From an uncultured Acidimicrobiaceae bacterium (GTDB taxonomy: Bacteria > Actinomycetota > Acidimicrobiia > Acidimicrobiales > RAAP-2), in contig CAWBHA010000006.1 of the NCBI GenBank assembly GCA_963788585.1, forward strand, positions 175,824 through 239,823: a DNA stretch of 64,000 nt, given 5' to 3'. A program made the translations under genes and the position numbers. This document shows positions 9,406 through 19,238 of the stretch, piece after piece. The notes under the pieces are model-generated. The model ran no database searches. It worked only from the letters and a program-made list of their open reading frames with translations, and had not been told where the DNA came from. Position 1 is the first letter of the stretch; each line of letters begins with the position of its first letter.

Positions 9406-10626
9406 TTAGGCGATGTGCCCCGGCGCTTGGTTGACCGTCTTGTAGGCGCGCTCGCGCACCCGCACGATCTCGGACTCGCCACTCGGCGTGGCTGCGTCAC
9501 CGGGCCGGGAGGGCAGGTCGAAGTCCGTGTACATCACCCGGCGCTCCCGCTCGATCGGCGGGTAGCTCATGTGCAAGGTGCACGAGCAGTGGACCGTGAC
9601 GTCGCCGGTCCGGGTCGGGAGCGCGACCTCGGGCAAACCCCAGGAGCGACGGAAGAAGGCAGGCTGCACGAGGGCACGGTGGGAACCTGCCACGACGGCG
9701 AGCTGGCCGGAACGCTCGTCTGCCCCCGTCACCGAGATCCCGACCGTGAGGCTGCAACAGCGATAGGAGTGGCGGCCGAGGCTGCAGTCCTTGTGCCACG
9801 GAACGTCGGAGATGCCTTCGACGACACCGACCGGCTTGACGAGGGCCTCGATCGCGTTGCCCTCGGTGCGGAGGCGATGGCCTTCATCGGCCAGTCGCCC
9901 AATCCGCAGGAGGCGGTCGTCGGCCAGCAGCGACGCCGTGGTCGGGCTCATCTCGTGGAAGTACTGCAGCCGCACGGGCCGCCGCGTGCCATCCGCGGTC
10001 GTCGCCCACCACGAGCGGCCGTCGTCGGGCTCGTAGTCCCCGATGGACGCGTCGATGTCGGCGTCGACCTGCTCCATCTCCCCCGACGTGAACACGTCGG
10101 TGAGGTGGAGGAAGCCGGCCTCCTTGAGGAAGTGCAGCGCTTCTCCGGGGTCGTCGTCGGGAGCGAAGCCACGGTGCAGGTCCAGCGCTTCGCCGTCACG
10201 GTCTCGGAAGCCCACCGACCCGGCGGTATGGACGGGACGCCCGTCGATCAGGGATCGGAGGACCACCCACCAGTCGAGGAAGTCGCCCAGATTCCCTCTC
10301 GGCATGTCGAGCCCCCCGGCGGTCATCAGGGTCATGGGCGTCCGCTGGTCGAAGACGATGTCGGTCAGCTCTTCTTCACCGAGCCGGACGGTCGCGGCCT
10401 CACCCGCCGCCCCGGCGGCGACGCGGACGGCATCCCCGTCCAGCGCCATCGTCCAGGCGCCGGCAGGTGTGTCGAAGGTCAAGGGAGCGATGCCGAGCTC
10501 GAGTGCGCCCGGCACGGCCAGTTGCGAGCGGTCCGCCGCCAGCGCCGGCAATTGGTTCTCGAACAGGTCGACGATGTCGACGGCCGCCACATCGTCGTCG
10601 TACCGGGATCGGAGATCGAGGCGCAC
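9406..10626 (-). CDS. SCP2-like domain fused to phytanoyl-CoA dioxygenase (PhyH) family Fe(II)/2OG oxygenase
   Basis: GTG 10626 within ORF 9406..11178. The N-terminal part is SCP2-like (LTFDTPAGAWTMALDGDAVRV...TLMTAGGLDMPRGNLGDFL). The C-terminal part is PhyH-like (VPWHKDCSLG...GSHRA...GDVTVHCSCTLH). Confidence 0.7.
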   Translation of the reverse strand: MRLDLRSRYDDDVAAVDIVDLFENQLPALAADRSQLAVPGALELGIAPLTFDTPAGAWTMALDGDAVRVAAGAAGEAATVRLGEEELTDIVFDQRTPMTLMTAGGLDMPRGNLGDFLDWWVVLRSLIDGRPVHTAGSVGFRDRDGEALDLHRGFAPDDDPGEALHFLKEAGFLHLTDVFTSGEMEQVDADIDASIGDYEPDDGRSWWATTADGTRRPVRLQYFHEMSPTTASLLADDRLLRIGRLADEGHRLRTEGNAIEALVKPVGVVEGISDVPWHKDCSLGRHSYRCCSLTVGISVTGADERSGQLAVVAGSHRALVQPAFFRRSWGLPEVALPTRTGDVTVHCSCTLHMSYPPIERERRVMYTDFDLPSRPGDAATPSGESEIVRVRERAYKTVNQAPGHIA

Positions 10627-10684
10627 GCGGGGAAGGCTAGCGGCTGAGGTTTGCCGCACCACTGCTTGGTAGCCTGACTCCCGT

Positions 10685-11143
10685 ATGACGACCCTGGTAG
10701 TTGCGACGGACGGCTCGGACCTGGCCATCGACGCGGCGATAAGCGGGCTGGCTCTGCTGAAGGCGGCGGACCGGGTGCTCGTGGTCTCGGTCGTCGACGG
10801 GCCCGACGCCTCGCTCGCCGACGACGCGACGGGCCATGCCGCAGCGAGCATGACGGACGACGAACTGCGCGGCAAGGTCCGAGACGCCGAAGCGCAGAGC
10901 CAAGCCGCCGTCGACACAACCGTCGCAGCGCTGCAGGCGCGCGCCGGGTTGCCGAGCGGGGTCGAGACGATGGTGGTGGAGGGTGAGCCCGGTGCCGCTC
11001 TGTGCAAGCTCGCGAGTGACGTGGGCGCGGTCGCGCTTGTCGTCGGTTCCCGCGGCCGCGGCGGGATCAAACGGGCGCTGCTCGGTTCCGTGTCGGACTT
11101 TGTGGTCCGCAACGCGCCGTGTCCGGTGGTCGTGAAGCGATAG
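10685..11143 (+). CDS. universal stress protein (UspA family)
   Basis: 152-aa ORF: MTTLVVATDGSD...VGAVALVVGSRGRGGIKRALLGSVSDFVVRNAPCPVVVKR. Confidence 0.85.
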   Translation: MTTLVVATDGSDLAIDAAISGLALLKAADRVLVVSVVDGPDASLADDATGHAAASMTDDELRGKVRDAEAQSQAAVDTTVAALQARAGLPSGVETMVVEGEPGAALCKLASDVGAVALVVGSRGRGGIKRALLGSVSDFVVRNAPCPVVVKR

Positions 11144-11400
11144 AGCTGATCGCACCCCAGCCGAGGTGACGATGCCATCCCGCATCGTCACCGCGCGTGG
11201 CGAACACGACGGCGGCGCGAGGACGGCGTGGGCGTTGGGACGAGGAGGGCGTCCACCAGCCCGGTCCGCGGCCCCGGACGGGCAGAAGGTGCCCGGCGAC
11301 TGCGGTACGTGACAAGGCCGTGTCGTGTGTGCCAAGCTTGAGTACGGCACGTGAGGGTTTCGCCAAGGCCCGCCGCCGATACGTGCCCAGCCAGCGAGAC

Positions 11401-11430
11401 GACCCCGACCCGCGCAATCGGGTCGGGGTC
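11401..11430 (+). terminator. perfect 11-12 bp GC hairpin followed by a T-containing tract
   Basis: GACCCCGACCCG-CGCAAT-CGGGTCGGGGTC followed by GCTTCGCTTTCT. It lies at the point where composition changes from core to accessory DNA, but 257 nt after the usp stop. Confidence 0.35.
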
Positions 11431-11668
11431 GCTTCGCTTTCTCGGTAACCCTGCCGCTCCACTTGAGCGTGTTCCGCGAGAGTCCTGGTGACGGCGGCGT
11501 CAGTGTGGGCGCGACAGGGGGGCTGAGAGCAAGCCTCGTCCCGTCATTTCGCCGTGCTGAGAACGCGCACCACCAAACGCTCCGAACCCGAGTCGCTCTG
11601 CAATCTGTCGCCCGGACTCAGCCGGTCGATCGGGGTCGCCGGGTCGGCTCTCAGACTCCCCGTCGCGT

Positions 11669-12205
11669 CTACCAGGACTCCAGCGCCCGAGCATCGAGGT
11701 TGATGACGGCGGCGAGATTCCCTACGCGGCTCCTGACCGCCTCCGTGTTCGACAGGGGATCCGTCGCGACCCGCTGAGCCGTCAACGCGACCTCGACGCA
11801 GTTGTTCAGCATCCGTGCAATCTGCATCCCAAGCCCTGAGTCAGGGCACGGGTTTGCGGCTAACCAAGCTGTCGCGACCTTGGTGGCGGCCCAGAGCTCG
11901 TCGGCGGCCGCAAGCATGGAGACATCGTTTAGCCGCAGCGACACGCCCAACCGGCGCTCGGCGACAGTCACGAATCCGAGGACCTCGCCTCCTCGTATGC
12001 GCCAATGTGCGGTCGACTCTGTGTCCATGACAGCGAAGCTCCTGTCCCTTCCTGTGATTCTTGCGACACGCCGGAAGACCACATAGAGCCGTTCGACCTC
12101 TCGATTCACAACACCCGAAAAACATGGAGCGGTGAAGGGCGCCGCTCTCATGATCCGAGCCTCGAATCGAGGATTGAAGGAGACGACAGGCCCCTTCTGT
12201 TTCAA
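11669..12205 (-). CDS. hypothetical protein, paralogue family A (copy 1)
   Basis: 178-aa ORF. The C-terminal ~110 aa are clearly homologous to ORF 18822..19514, with shared runs LNDVSMLAAADELWAA, TAWLAANPCPD, MLNNC.EVALTAQ and LDARALE.W. No family recognised. Start uncertain. Confidence 0.5.
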   Translation of the reverse strand: MKQKGPVVSFNPRFEARIMRAAPFTAPCFSGVVNREVERLYVVFRRVARITGRDRSFAVMDTESTAHWRIRGGEVLGFVTVAERRLGVSLRLNDVSMLAAADELWAATKVATAWLAANPCPDSGLGMQIARMLNNCVEVALTAQRVATDPLSNTEAVRSRVGNLAAVINLDARALESW

Positions 12206-12330
12206 CCGGGCTGAAACAAACGCAAGGTTCCGATGTGCGGTGCGTTTCGACTTCGTGGCTCTTCTCTGAGGTGTCGTGACGAGGGGAGCCGGATCCGAGT
12301 CAAGGGGACTCGGGGAAAGGCAGGCGCATC

Positions 12331-12693
12331 ATGGACGACCGGCGGCGGATACCACGCCAAATGGCGGGGTGGAGCGGCTTCTGTCACGTCGAGGGGGAAA
12401 GCGCCTCGGGCTGGCGCGATTGCCGCGTCGTGGACATCTCGATGCTCGGCGTCGGAATCCGCATGCATTGCACCCGTCCCACCGGCCTCGTGGGCCGCCG
12501 GGTCTCGGTCGAGTTGCCGGCGGTCGGAGACTCGGTCAACATCCGTTTCGAAGGCGAAGTGAAGAACGTCTCCCGGACCGCCACACGATCCGCTCGGATC
12601 GGGATCGAGTTCGTCCATCTCTCGAACACCGAGCGGGCGATCCTCGAGGTACTCAGCCGCACCAACAGCGAGGTCATGCACGCAACTGCGTAG
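12331..12693 (+). CDS. PilZ domain protein (putative c-di-GMP receptor)
   Basis: 120 aa. RRRIPR (RxxxR) near the N-terminus and VDISMLGVG (DxSxxG) about 30 aa later. Divergent from the paralogue-A gene. Confidence 0.75.
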   Translation: MDDRRRIPRQMAGWSGFCHVEGESASGWRDCRVVDISMLGVGIRMHCTRPTGLVGRRVSVELPAVGDSVNIRFEGEVKNVSRTATRSARIGIEFVHLSNTERAILEVLSRTNSEVMHATA

Positions 12694-13175
12694 GAGTATC
12701 GAAGGAGACGCGGAATTCGCTGTGCCGACCGTCGCTGCCGGGCCAACTCTTCGGTCTCTTCGAAGAAGGGGTCGGGTTCGCCGCCTTCGTCGATCACTCC
12801 CCCAAACGGATGCAACAGATCAACGGCTCTTGCCCGTCGCGAAGCGCACTGGGACGCAACTCGACTGCCGCCAGACGCGAGACAGCCCCGGCGGTTAGCC
12901 GGGGCCCTCGCCCGTTTGTCGGACTATCCAGGCCACCCGGGGAGGGGACCTACATGCCGTATCGGACGGCTCACGGCGGGCCCTTAATCGCGCGTGGCAA
13001 TGTTGTCGACCCTGTGTGCTGGGCGACGAAGGGTCAGGTTCGGCTTGTTGCCACGGAGGCAACCCGGGCGCGAAGGCTCCCATTCTGTGTACGGCTCGCT
13101 CGATCAGGTCAGGCTCCGATGCTCCCGGTACGTGGCGGAGCACCGCAATTCGGTGCGGCAACGTAGGGTCGGCCC

Positions 13176-13376
13176 GTGTTCAGCCTCACCAGCTCAACAG
13201 GGCTCAAGCTCGCCGAGATCGCGTTTCTGCTGATCCTGATAGCGGGCATCTGGCTGGTGGCCGCGGAGATCCCAGCGCTTGGGCTGCATCGGGCGAGGAC
13301 GATCGTCGCGGGTGCCGCTCTCGCCGTTGCGGGGGTGCTCCTCATCGTGGCCACGCACTGGGGTCACTTCGGGTAG
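13176..13376 (+). CDS. small membrane protein (two predicted TM helices)
   Basis: 66 aa: LAEIAFLLILIAGIWLVAA and IVAGAALAVAGVLLIVA hydrophobic stretches. No homology recognised. Confidence 0.35.
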   Translation: MFSLTSSTGLKLAEIAFLLILIAGIWLVAAEIPALGLHRARTIVAGAALAVAGVLLIVATHWGHFG

Positions 13377-14250
13377 CGCGCAGCCTCCGCGGGTCCTACG
13401 GCCTCGACTTTGCGGAACAGCGGGACGTCGGTCCTCAGTCGCGAGAGCTGACGCGGTACGCAACGAAGCCGCGTACGACGACTTATGGCATCCGCCGCGG
13501 AATCGCGGACAGAAGGGCTTGGTCGATTGCTCGCAGCCACTCGATACTCATCCGTACAGGCTCGCAATCACATCAGATCTCACTCCCCCGCGGTCGAAGT
13601 CGTTTGTGGCCGTGCCCGAAGCCTGCTTGCGACAAGTCCGCAGTGGAACGCCCATTGTTTGGACCTGTGAGTCCCCAGCCAATGCGGCGGTCGGCGTGGC
13701 CACTTGTTGCTTCGGATGCCGAAACTATGGGACCATGCGCGTGGTGCACATGCTCCGACTACCACAAGTCCGGACATGGATACGTCGTCGTCTCGACTCG
13801 CTCGGGCAAACTTGGCACGAGACGGGGGCCTGTTTCATCCCTGGTTGCGAAGAGAGAGCAATGCACTTCCCGCCTTCACGGTTCTGCAGGGCGCACACGG
13901 GCTAGCGCCGTTGCGTCAACGAGTGCCCCTAGGGCATCCGTGACGGTCTGACAACGTCGGCTTCCAGGGTGTGGTGGGTCGTGGTGGAAGCGCGGCGCAC
14001 GGTCTGGTCGGGCCTGGCGGGGCCGGTGTTCGGGAATCACTACCAGTAGAAAACCCGTGCCCAGGCTGCGCCCGGGTGGCCGAATCCCGTTCAGCGTGAA
14101 ACTACGGTTGTCACTTCGTTACGGGAGCGTGAACTGCGTTGCTGAACGTTCCATGCAGCCCTATAACGTCAAGTCGTTGACAACGGACGCGGATCGTCGA
14201 GGCTACGGATCGACCCTGACTCTCGGGCGCTCCATCACTGGACCACCACG

Positions 14251-15930
14251 ATGCGTTTGAGGATGCGGGCTCACGGAGCTCGAGGCAAGCAGTTGCAGCG
14301 CTTCCGTCGCGGCCTTTCTGCACTTGTGGGGTGCCTGATTCTGGTGCCGGTCGCTGTCGTCTGGGACATCACCGTCCCGGCTGGTTCCGCAGTGACGTTC
14401 TCGGCCAGCACGACCACCACGCTGTCGGTCGTGGCATTGGCGGGCTCCACGATCCCCACGCTCAGGGCAACGGTGAGCGGCCCCCCCGCGGACACCGGGA
14501 CACCGGCGGGCACCGTGACCTTCGCCATAAAGGGGTCCAACCCAATCCAGTGCGACGACCTCACCACGAACATGATCCAGATGTCGGGTGGCGTGGCGAC
14601 CTGCAAGGTCACCTCCGGTCTGCCGGCGTCGGGCTCGTCCGAGACGGCCCAGGCGACCTATTCGGGTGACGCCGCGTTCACCTCGAGCGGCGGCACCGTC
14701 ACGTCGACCGACGGCACGTTCATCCCCTCGCCACCGCTGATCGTGACTCCTCCGGCGAGTATCCCCAACGGCTGCTCATCGGACGCCGCTCCCGCACTTC
14801 TCTCGTGGTTCTCGTCCTTGCCGCAGGGTTCGACATCTAAGCCGATCGTGATCAAGTTTCCGGCCCAGGCTTGTTATGTCGTGAACGAAACGCTGTTACT
14901 CCAGGGTGCGTCCGACCTGACGATCGACGGAAACGGTTCGACCTTCGTAGAGACTGTCAGCCCGACAAACGCGATGCCGATGGTCGAGCTCTGGCAGGAC
15001 ACGAGCCTGACCATGGAAAACATGAATATCGACGGCAACTACAACGGGAACGACGTCAGCGAGGGTGACTACGGGTTCGTCTTCGAAGGTGATACCGGGG
15101 TTTGCCTCACGAACCTCCAGATGCAGAACATCCAGGGCGACTTCCTGTACCTGAGTCCACCGTATGACATCACCAACAGTACCGATGCATTGAACACCAA
15201 CATCTCGGTCACCAACTCGACCTTTACGAACGCTGGATATCACGGTCTGACGGTCCAGTCGGTCGATGGCCTCAACGTCTCTCACGACACATTCGACGGC
15301 ATCGGCACCGATGCCATGGACTTCGAGTACGACGACTACTCGACGCCGTTCAACCCCGATGGAACGCCGTATTGGGCGGCGCAGGACAACGTCACCATCT
15401 CGGACGATACCTGGGAGAATTGGGGTGGGAGCGACTGGTTCGCTTCGGTCCAGGGCCAGGACCCGGGCGTCCAGGAGCAGCACCTGACGATCAGCGATAA
15501 CGACTTGGAGAGCTCCGGTCCGCTCTTCGAAGTGGTGGGGACGGATCCACGCACCACCACGGCGCAGTACACGGACGCCGACTGGACCATTACGGGCAAC
15601 CATTTTGCTCCGGGCTACTACGGTGAGCCGTATCGAGGCGGCATCAGCCAGGCCAGCCAGATCTATGACGTGGCCGGCCTGAACTTCAACAACAACACGT
15701 TTCCGCTGTGCGCTTGGACCTATGAGTCACCACAACCCTTCAGTGACTGCGCGGCTCCCGATTACTTCGAGATGGACCTCAACGTGATTACTGGCGGTTC
15801 CATTGCCGGGAATGACTTCTTGGGCGCAGAGGGCATCGTCCAGCCGCAGCCGTACAATCAGGAGCTGACCAACCTCGTGCAGTGCTCGAACACGTACGGT
15901 ACGGGAACTCAGGACGGGCCGTGCACATGA
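14251..15930 (+). CDS. secreted Ig-like (Big_3_5-type) plus right-handed beta-helix repeat protein
   Basis: 559 aa. Signal/TM segment LSALVGCLILVPVAVV. Ig-like segment GTVTFAIKG...ATYSGDAAFTSS. Then repeated beta-helix rungs (LTIDGNGSTF, MENMNIDGN, ISVTNSTFTNAGYHGLTV, NVSHDTFDG, VTISDDTW, LTISDNDL, WTITGNHF). Confidence 0.75.
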   Translation: MRLRMRAHGARGKQLQRFRRGLSALVGCLILVPVAVVWDITVPAGSAVTFSASTTTTLSVVALAGSTIPTLRATVSGPPADTGTPAGTVTFAIKGSNPIQCDDLTTNMIQMSGGVATCKVTSGLPASGSSETAQATYSGDAAFTSSGGTVTSTDGTFIPSPPLIVTPPASIPNGCSSDAAPALLSWFSSLPQGSTSKPIVIKFPAQACYVVNETLLLQGASDLTIDGNGSTFVETVSPTNAMPMVELWQDTSLTMENMNIDGNYNGNDVSEGDYGFVFEGDTGVCLTNLQMQNIQGDFLYLSPPYDITNSTDALNTNISVTNSTFTNAGYHGLTVQSVDGLNVSHDTFDGIGTDAMDFEYDDYSTPFNPDGTPYWAAQDNVTISDDTWENWGGSDWFASVQGQDPGVQEQHLTISDNDLESSGPLFEVVGTDPRTTTAQYTDADWTITGNHFAPGYYGEPYRGGISQASQIYDVAGLNFNNNTFPLCAWTYESPQPFSDCAAPDYFEMDLNVITGGSIAGNDFLGAEGIVQPQPYNQELTNLVQCSNTYGTGTQDGPCT

Positions 15931-16400
15931 CGGCCCAAGCTTGAGCATCTGGTTTGCAAGAGTAAGGCAGGCTCGCAGCTAGGGCCTCGGACCCACGCAT
16001 CGCAACTCCACCGGCGTGAAACAGTTGCTCCCGATCTTGCATGGCGTTGACGGTCCAAGACGCTCTTCTGTGGGCACAGGATTCGGTGCCGCGTGCAGGT
16101 CTTTCGCATTCAGATCTCAAGCGGCAAGGCGCTTTCGCCGAGGGTGAGAGAGGTCGGCCGCAACGACAGAGCCCCTGAAAGCATTGGCGCGAAAGGAGCT
16201 CTGGCTATGCGTTGTGCTCGACCGTTACCGAGCCTTGCCCTCCATCACACGAAGTCCGTCTGGTGACCTCTCATGATCAGACGGACACGATTGGGTTCCA
16301 CCATGACGACCGCATCGCAGACGACACGCGCTAGTCAGCAACGAACTCGATCACGCTTCCCGATCGTTCGAGCGACGACCTGGTTCAAGGCGGATATGTC

Positions 16401-17915
16401 GTGACGAGGGTGGCCGAGAGCGATGGACCAGTCGATGAGAACGCACCGCGCGCCGATCCGGGCGAGGGGCGAGCGCAAAGCGGGACAGCGCCACTGGACA
16501 CCGCCCGCATGGCGCGATCAATCGGGTTGCTGGGAGCCGTAGGTCTCTCGCTGGCCCTCGTTGCTCCGAGCCAGGCCGTCAACATCAACCCCCAGGCGGC
16601 AGAGCCCTTCGTGGGGCGGGCCATCCCATTGGCCTTCCTGGTGTCCTTCATCGCGGTCCTCTTCGTGGCCTATGCCGTCACCCGGTTGTGCCAGCGGATC
16701 CATGGTTCGGGGTCGCTTTCGACACTGGTCGCCCAGTCCCTGGACCACCACGCCGGCGCCGTTACCGGATGGTTGCTCTGTGGGGCTTACATCCTCTTCG
16801 TCGTGGTGCAAGCAGTGACCTGTGCCATCTTCATGGGCGCGCTTCTCAACGGCCTCGGTCTCGTCCACTCCCTCCCCAACTGGTTCTACTTCGTCACGGC
16901 CATCGCGTTGGTGGTGATCGGTTCGGTCGTGGCGAGTGTTCGGGTCCGGCGAGCGCTCGGGCTCCTGTTGTCCTTCGAGTTCGGCACGATCGTGCTGATC
17001 GTCATCGTCATGGCCGTCGTGGCGTGCACCGTGATCTTCAGCCACGGGCCGAACGGCCAACACTTCACATGGAGCGTCTTCAAACTCTCGGGTGGTGGGA
17101 ACCTGGGTGACGCCGCTGTTTTCGGGTTCCTCTCCTTCGCGGGCTTCGAGGGTGCCGCCGCCCTCGGGGAGGAGACAAAGAATCCCAGGCGGGACATTCC
17201 GATCGCCGTCACCGGTACCGTGGTCTTTGCCGGCATCTTCTTCGTGGCCATCATCGCGTTCGAAGTGATGGGCTTCGGCACCACGACGTCTGGACTCCAT
17301 TCGCTCTACTCGTCAGGCGCCTTGGTGGGCTCATTGGCCCAGCTCTATGCCACCAACTGGATCGCCAACCTGATCCGACTGGGCATTGTGATCGGCGCCT
17401 TTTCGGCGCTAAGCGGGAACATCCTGGGATCGGCCAGGATCATGTACGCCGTCACCCGCCATGGGTATCCGACCCTGCCCACCGCTCGTCTCCAGACCCG
17501 GCAGTCCGTGCCCGTCGCGGGAAACTTCGTTATCGCTTCCCTTGTCATCGTCTTCATTGCCGTCTGGTGGGCAGTCCTCAATCAAGCGCCCTTTGCCACC
17601 TTTGCCGCCGCCGGCACTGCCGGGACTCTCCTCATCCTGGCCGCCTACGTGCTCACCTCGGCAGGGGCGACGCGCCAGGTAGCAAGACGGGTCGACCCTG
17701 GGGTGCCCCGATGGCAGGCAGTAATTCCCGTCTTGGCCATCGTCGTGCTGGGCTACGTCTTCTACAAGAGCGTCGTGCCGTGGCCGAGCGGAGGGCAGGC
17801 GTGGGCACTCCTGGTTGTCGCTCTCTGGACCGCCGTAGCCATCGGGACCTCCCTCCATCCGCCGCAACGCTTCTCGAAATTCCTCGGTGTCGACGGCGCG
17901 GTCGAGGCCTTCTGA
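16401..17915 (+). CDS. APC-superfamily amino acid permease
   Basis: 504-aa ORF with about 12 hydrophobic helices and FLSFAGFEGAAALGEETKNPRRDIP, the typical APC motif. Start uncertain (GTG 16401 or the internal MARSIGLLG). Confidence 0.8.
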   Translation: MTRVAESDGPVDENAPRADPGEGRAQSGTAPLDTARMARSIGLLGAVGLSLALVAPSQAVNINPQAAEPFVGRAIPLAFLVSFIAVLFVAYAVTRLCQRIHGSGSLSTLVAQSLDHHAGAVTGWLLCGAYILFVVVQAVTCAIFMGALLNGLGLVHSLPNWFYFVTAIALVVIGSVVASVRVRRALGLLLSFEFGTIVLIVIVMAVVACTVIFSHGPNGQHFTWSVFKLSGGGNLGDAAVFGFLSFAGFEGAAALGEETKNPRRDIPIAVTGTVVFAGIFFVAIIAFEVMGFGTTTSGLHSLYSSGALVGSLAQLYATNWIANLIRLGIVIGAFSALSGNILGSARIMYAVTRHGYPTLPTARLQTRQSVPVAGNFVIASLVIVFIAVWWAVLNQAPFATFAAAGTAGTLLILAAYVLTSAGATRQVARRVDPGVPRWQAVIPVLAIVVLGYVFYKSVVPWPSGGQAWALLVVALWTAVAIGTSLHPPQRFSKFLGVDGAVEAF

Positions 17916-17989
17916 CCGTCTCACCCCGTCCATGCGGGTTCCAACCGTACGGCCGACGTGGCCAACCGGACCCGTGCTTGACCGTCGGG

Positions 17990-18220
17990 GATCCGCTTCA
18001 CGCCCCGCCTCGGCGACGGCTGCCCTGGCTTCATCTTGGGAGCCCACGCGCTGCTGGGCCATGATCCGCTCCCGCCAGCTCCAGGCGACGCACTGCCCCG
18101 AGGCGCCTTCGTGGACCGGACGCTGGTCCTCGCCGAGTGGCGACCGCTGGTGACGTGTGTGGGCATGTTCGGACCACCTGGACGGACTCACGGGGCTGGG
18201 AGCTCGGGCGGCGAGGCTGA
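17990..18220 (+). pseudogene. Trp/Cys/His-rich small-protein gene, degraded copy c
   Basis: Nucleotide and peptide homology to 25589..25894 (..TRCWAMIRSRQLQATHCPEAPSWTGRWSSPSGDRW). TGG is replaced by TGA at 18151-18153, with frame changes either side. Confidence 0.6.
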
Positions 18221-18266
18221 CGCGCACCGGCCCTGCCCCCTGATCGCGTGAGCAGGGGCTTTGCTG

Positions 18267-18475
18267 TGACGGAGGACGGTGAGAGAGGGTGTGTCCGCCG
18301 TTCCACCGATATCGGCAGCTCTCCTCCGGAATCCGTTGTTTTGGCTGGAGCCGCGGCGGGTAGATCTCGCTGGAGTTCGAGCCCCGACTCCCCCGTCCGC
18401 TCGAGCCCACTGGCGACGGCCCCCGGGTTCTCTATGTGGCGCACCCCCGGGGGCTGTTTCGCGTCGGTCCCGAAC
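18267..18475 (+). repeat. conserved non-coding element downstream of the small-protein gene (copy c)
   Basis: Aligns with 34192..34470. Near-identical core TCCGTTGTTTTGGCTG.AGCC.CGGCGGGTA, and a 10-bp hairpin GCCCCCGGGT/ACCC(C)GGGGGC (18419-18454) with a divergent loop. No reading frame is shared between the copies. Confidence 0.5.
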
Positions 18476-18499
18476 CCTCGGCGGGGCACGTCAGCGGCG

Positions 18500-18706
18500 T
18501 CACAGCCGTTGCCACTTTGCGCCGCTGATCACCAGAGTGCCGCAGTTCAACGAGGCCGGGTTGGTCGCCCCCGCGTCCGTGCCAGGCAAGAAGGCCGAGA
18601 CGAGAGACCCGGACGTGAGCCCAAGGCCGCCCAAAAGGACTGCTGCCGCCAAGCGGAGAGGGTGACGTCCTCCACCCTGTCGCCGATACAGGCTGCGAAT
18701 TCTCAT
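18500..18706 (-). pseudogene. N-terminal fragment of a secreted protein (signal peptide only)
   Basis: 68 aa: MRIRSLYRRQGGGRHPLRLAAAVLLGGLGLTSGSLVSAF.. The ORF stops exactly where repeat copy c ends, suggesting truncation by that insertion. Confidence 0.35.
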
Positions 18707-18821
18707 GACGCTGCAGATCGTCGTAACGAGGTGGGAGTTACGTGACGCCCTCGTTACGTGGGGGTTATCTTTTGCAGGCGCCGGTGCGGGTGGCGGCTAC
18801 GGGCACCCGGTTTTCACAGCC

Positions 18822-19238
18822 CTACCAAGTCTCCAGCGCCCGAGCATCGAGGCTGATGACGGTAGCCAAATGGCCGATTCGACGTCTCACCGTGTCCGTG
18901 TCCCAGAGAGGGTCCGTGACGACCTGCTGAGCCGTCAAGGCGACCTCTGCGCAATTGTTCAGCATCCTTTCGATCTGTCTCCCGAGCTGTGCGTCGGGAC
19001 ATGGGTTTGCCGCCAACCAGGCTGTCGCTCCCTTGTTGGCTGCCCAAAGCTCGTCGGCTGCGGCGAGCATTGAGACATCGTTCAGGTGCAGAGACACCGA
19101 GAGGCGGCGTTCAGCGGATGCGACGCATCCGAAGGCCTGCTGCCCTCTCTTTCGCCAATCCAGGATCGATTCCGCGTTCACGGCAATGAGGGGTTCCGGT
19201 TCACTCTCCGATCTTCGCGAGATGCGTCTGCGCCCCAT
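18822..19238 (-). CDS. hypothetical protein, paralogue family A (copy 2)
   Basis: Internal ATG 19238 (MGRRRISRR..) of ORF 18822..19514. Homologous to 11669..12205 at protein and DNA level. A 10-bp perfect hairpin CGTAACGAGG/CCTCGTTACG lies just downstream of the stop, at about 18.73-18.77 kb. Confidence 0.5.
   Translation of the reverse strand: MGRRRISRRSESEPEPLIAVNAESILDWRKRGQQAFGCVASAERRLSVSLHLNDVSMLAAADELWAANKGATAWLAANPCPDAQLGRQIERMLNNCAEVALTAQQVVTDPLWDTDTVRRRIGHLATVISLDARALETW

Noticed and set aside
11197-11448. 83-aa ORF between usp and the hairpin terminator.
   Set aside because: Arg/Pro-rich, with no motif and no RBS. More likely a 3' UTR or intergenic sequence.
13735-13905. 56-aa Cys/His-containing ORF (MRVVHMLRLPQVRTWIRRRLDSLGQTWHETGACFIPGCEERAMHFPPSRFCRAHTG) as a small zinc-finger gene.
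   Set aside because: It is the tail of a long Arg-rich shadow ORF (13279..13905) in an otherwise non-coding-looking stretch. It has no RBS and no second copy for comparison. Possibly a gene remnant, but not supportable.
15931-16400. Riboswitch or leader upstream of the APC amino-acid permease (470-bp gap with GAGAGG and GAAAGGAG patches).
   Set aside because: I could not match it to glycine, lysine, guanidine or other riboswitch cores by eye. Left unannotated pending an Rfam scan.
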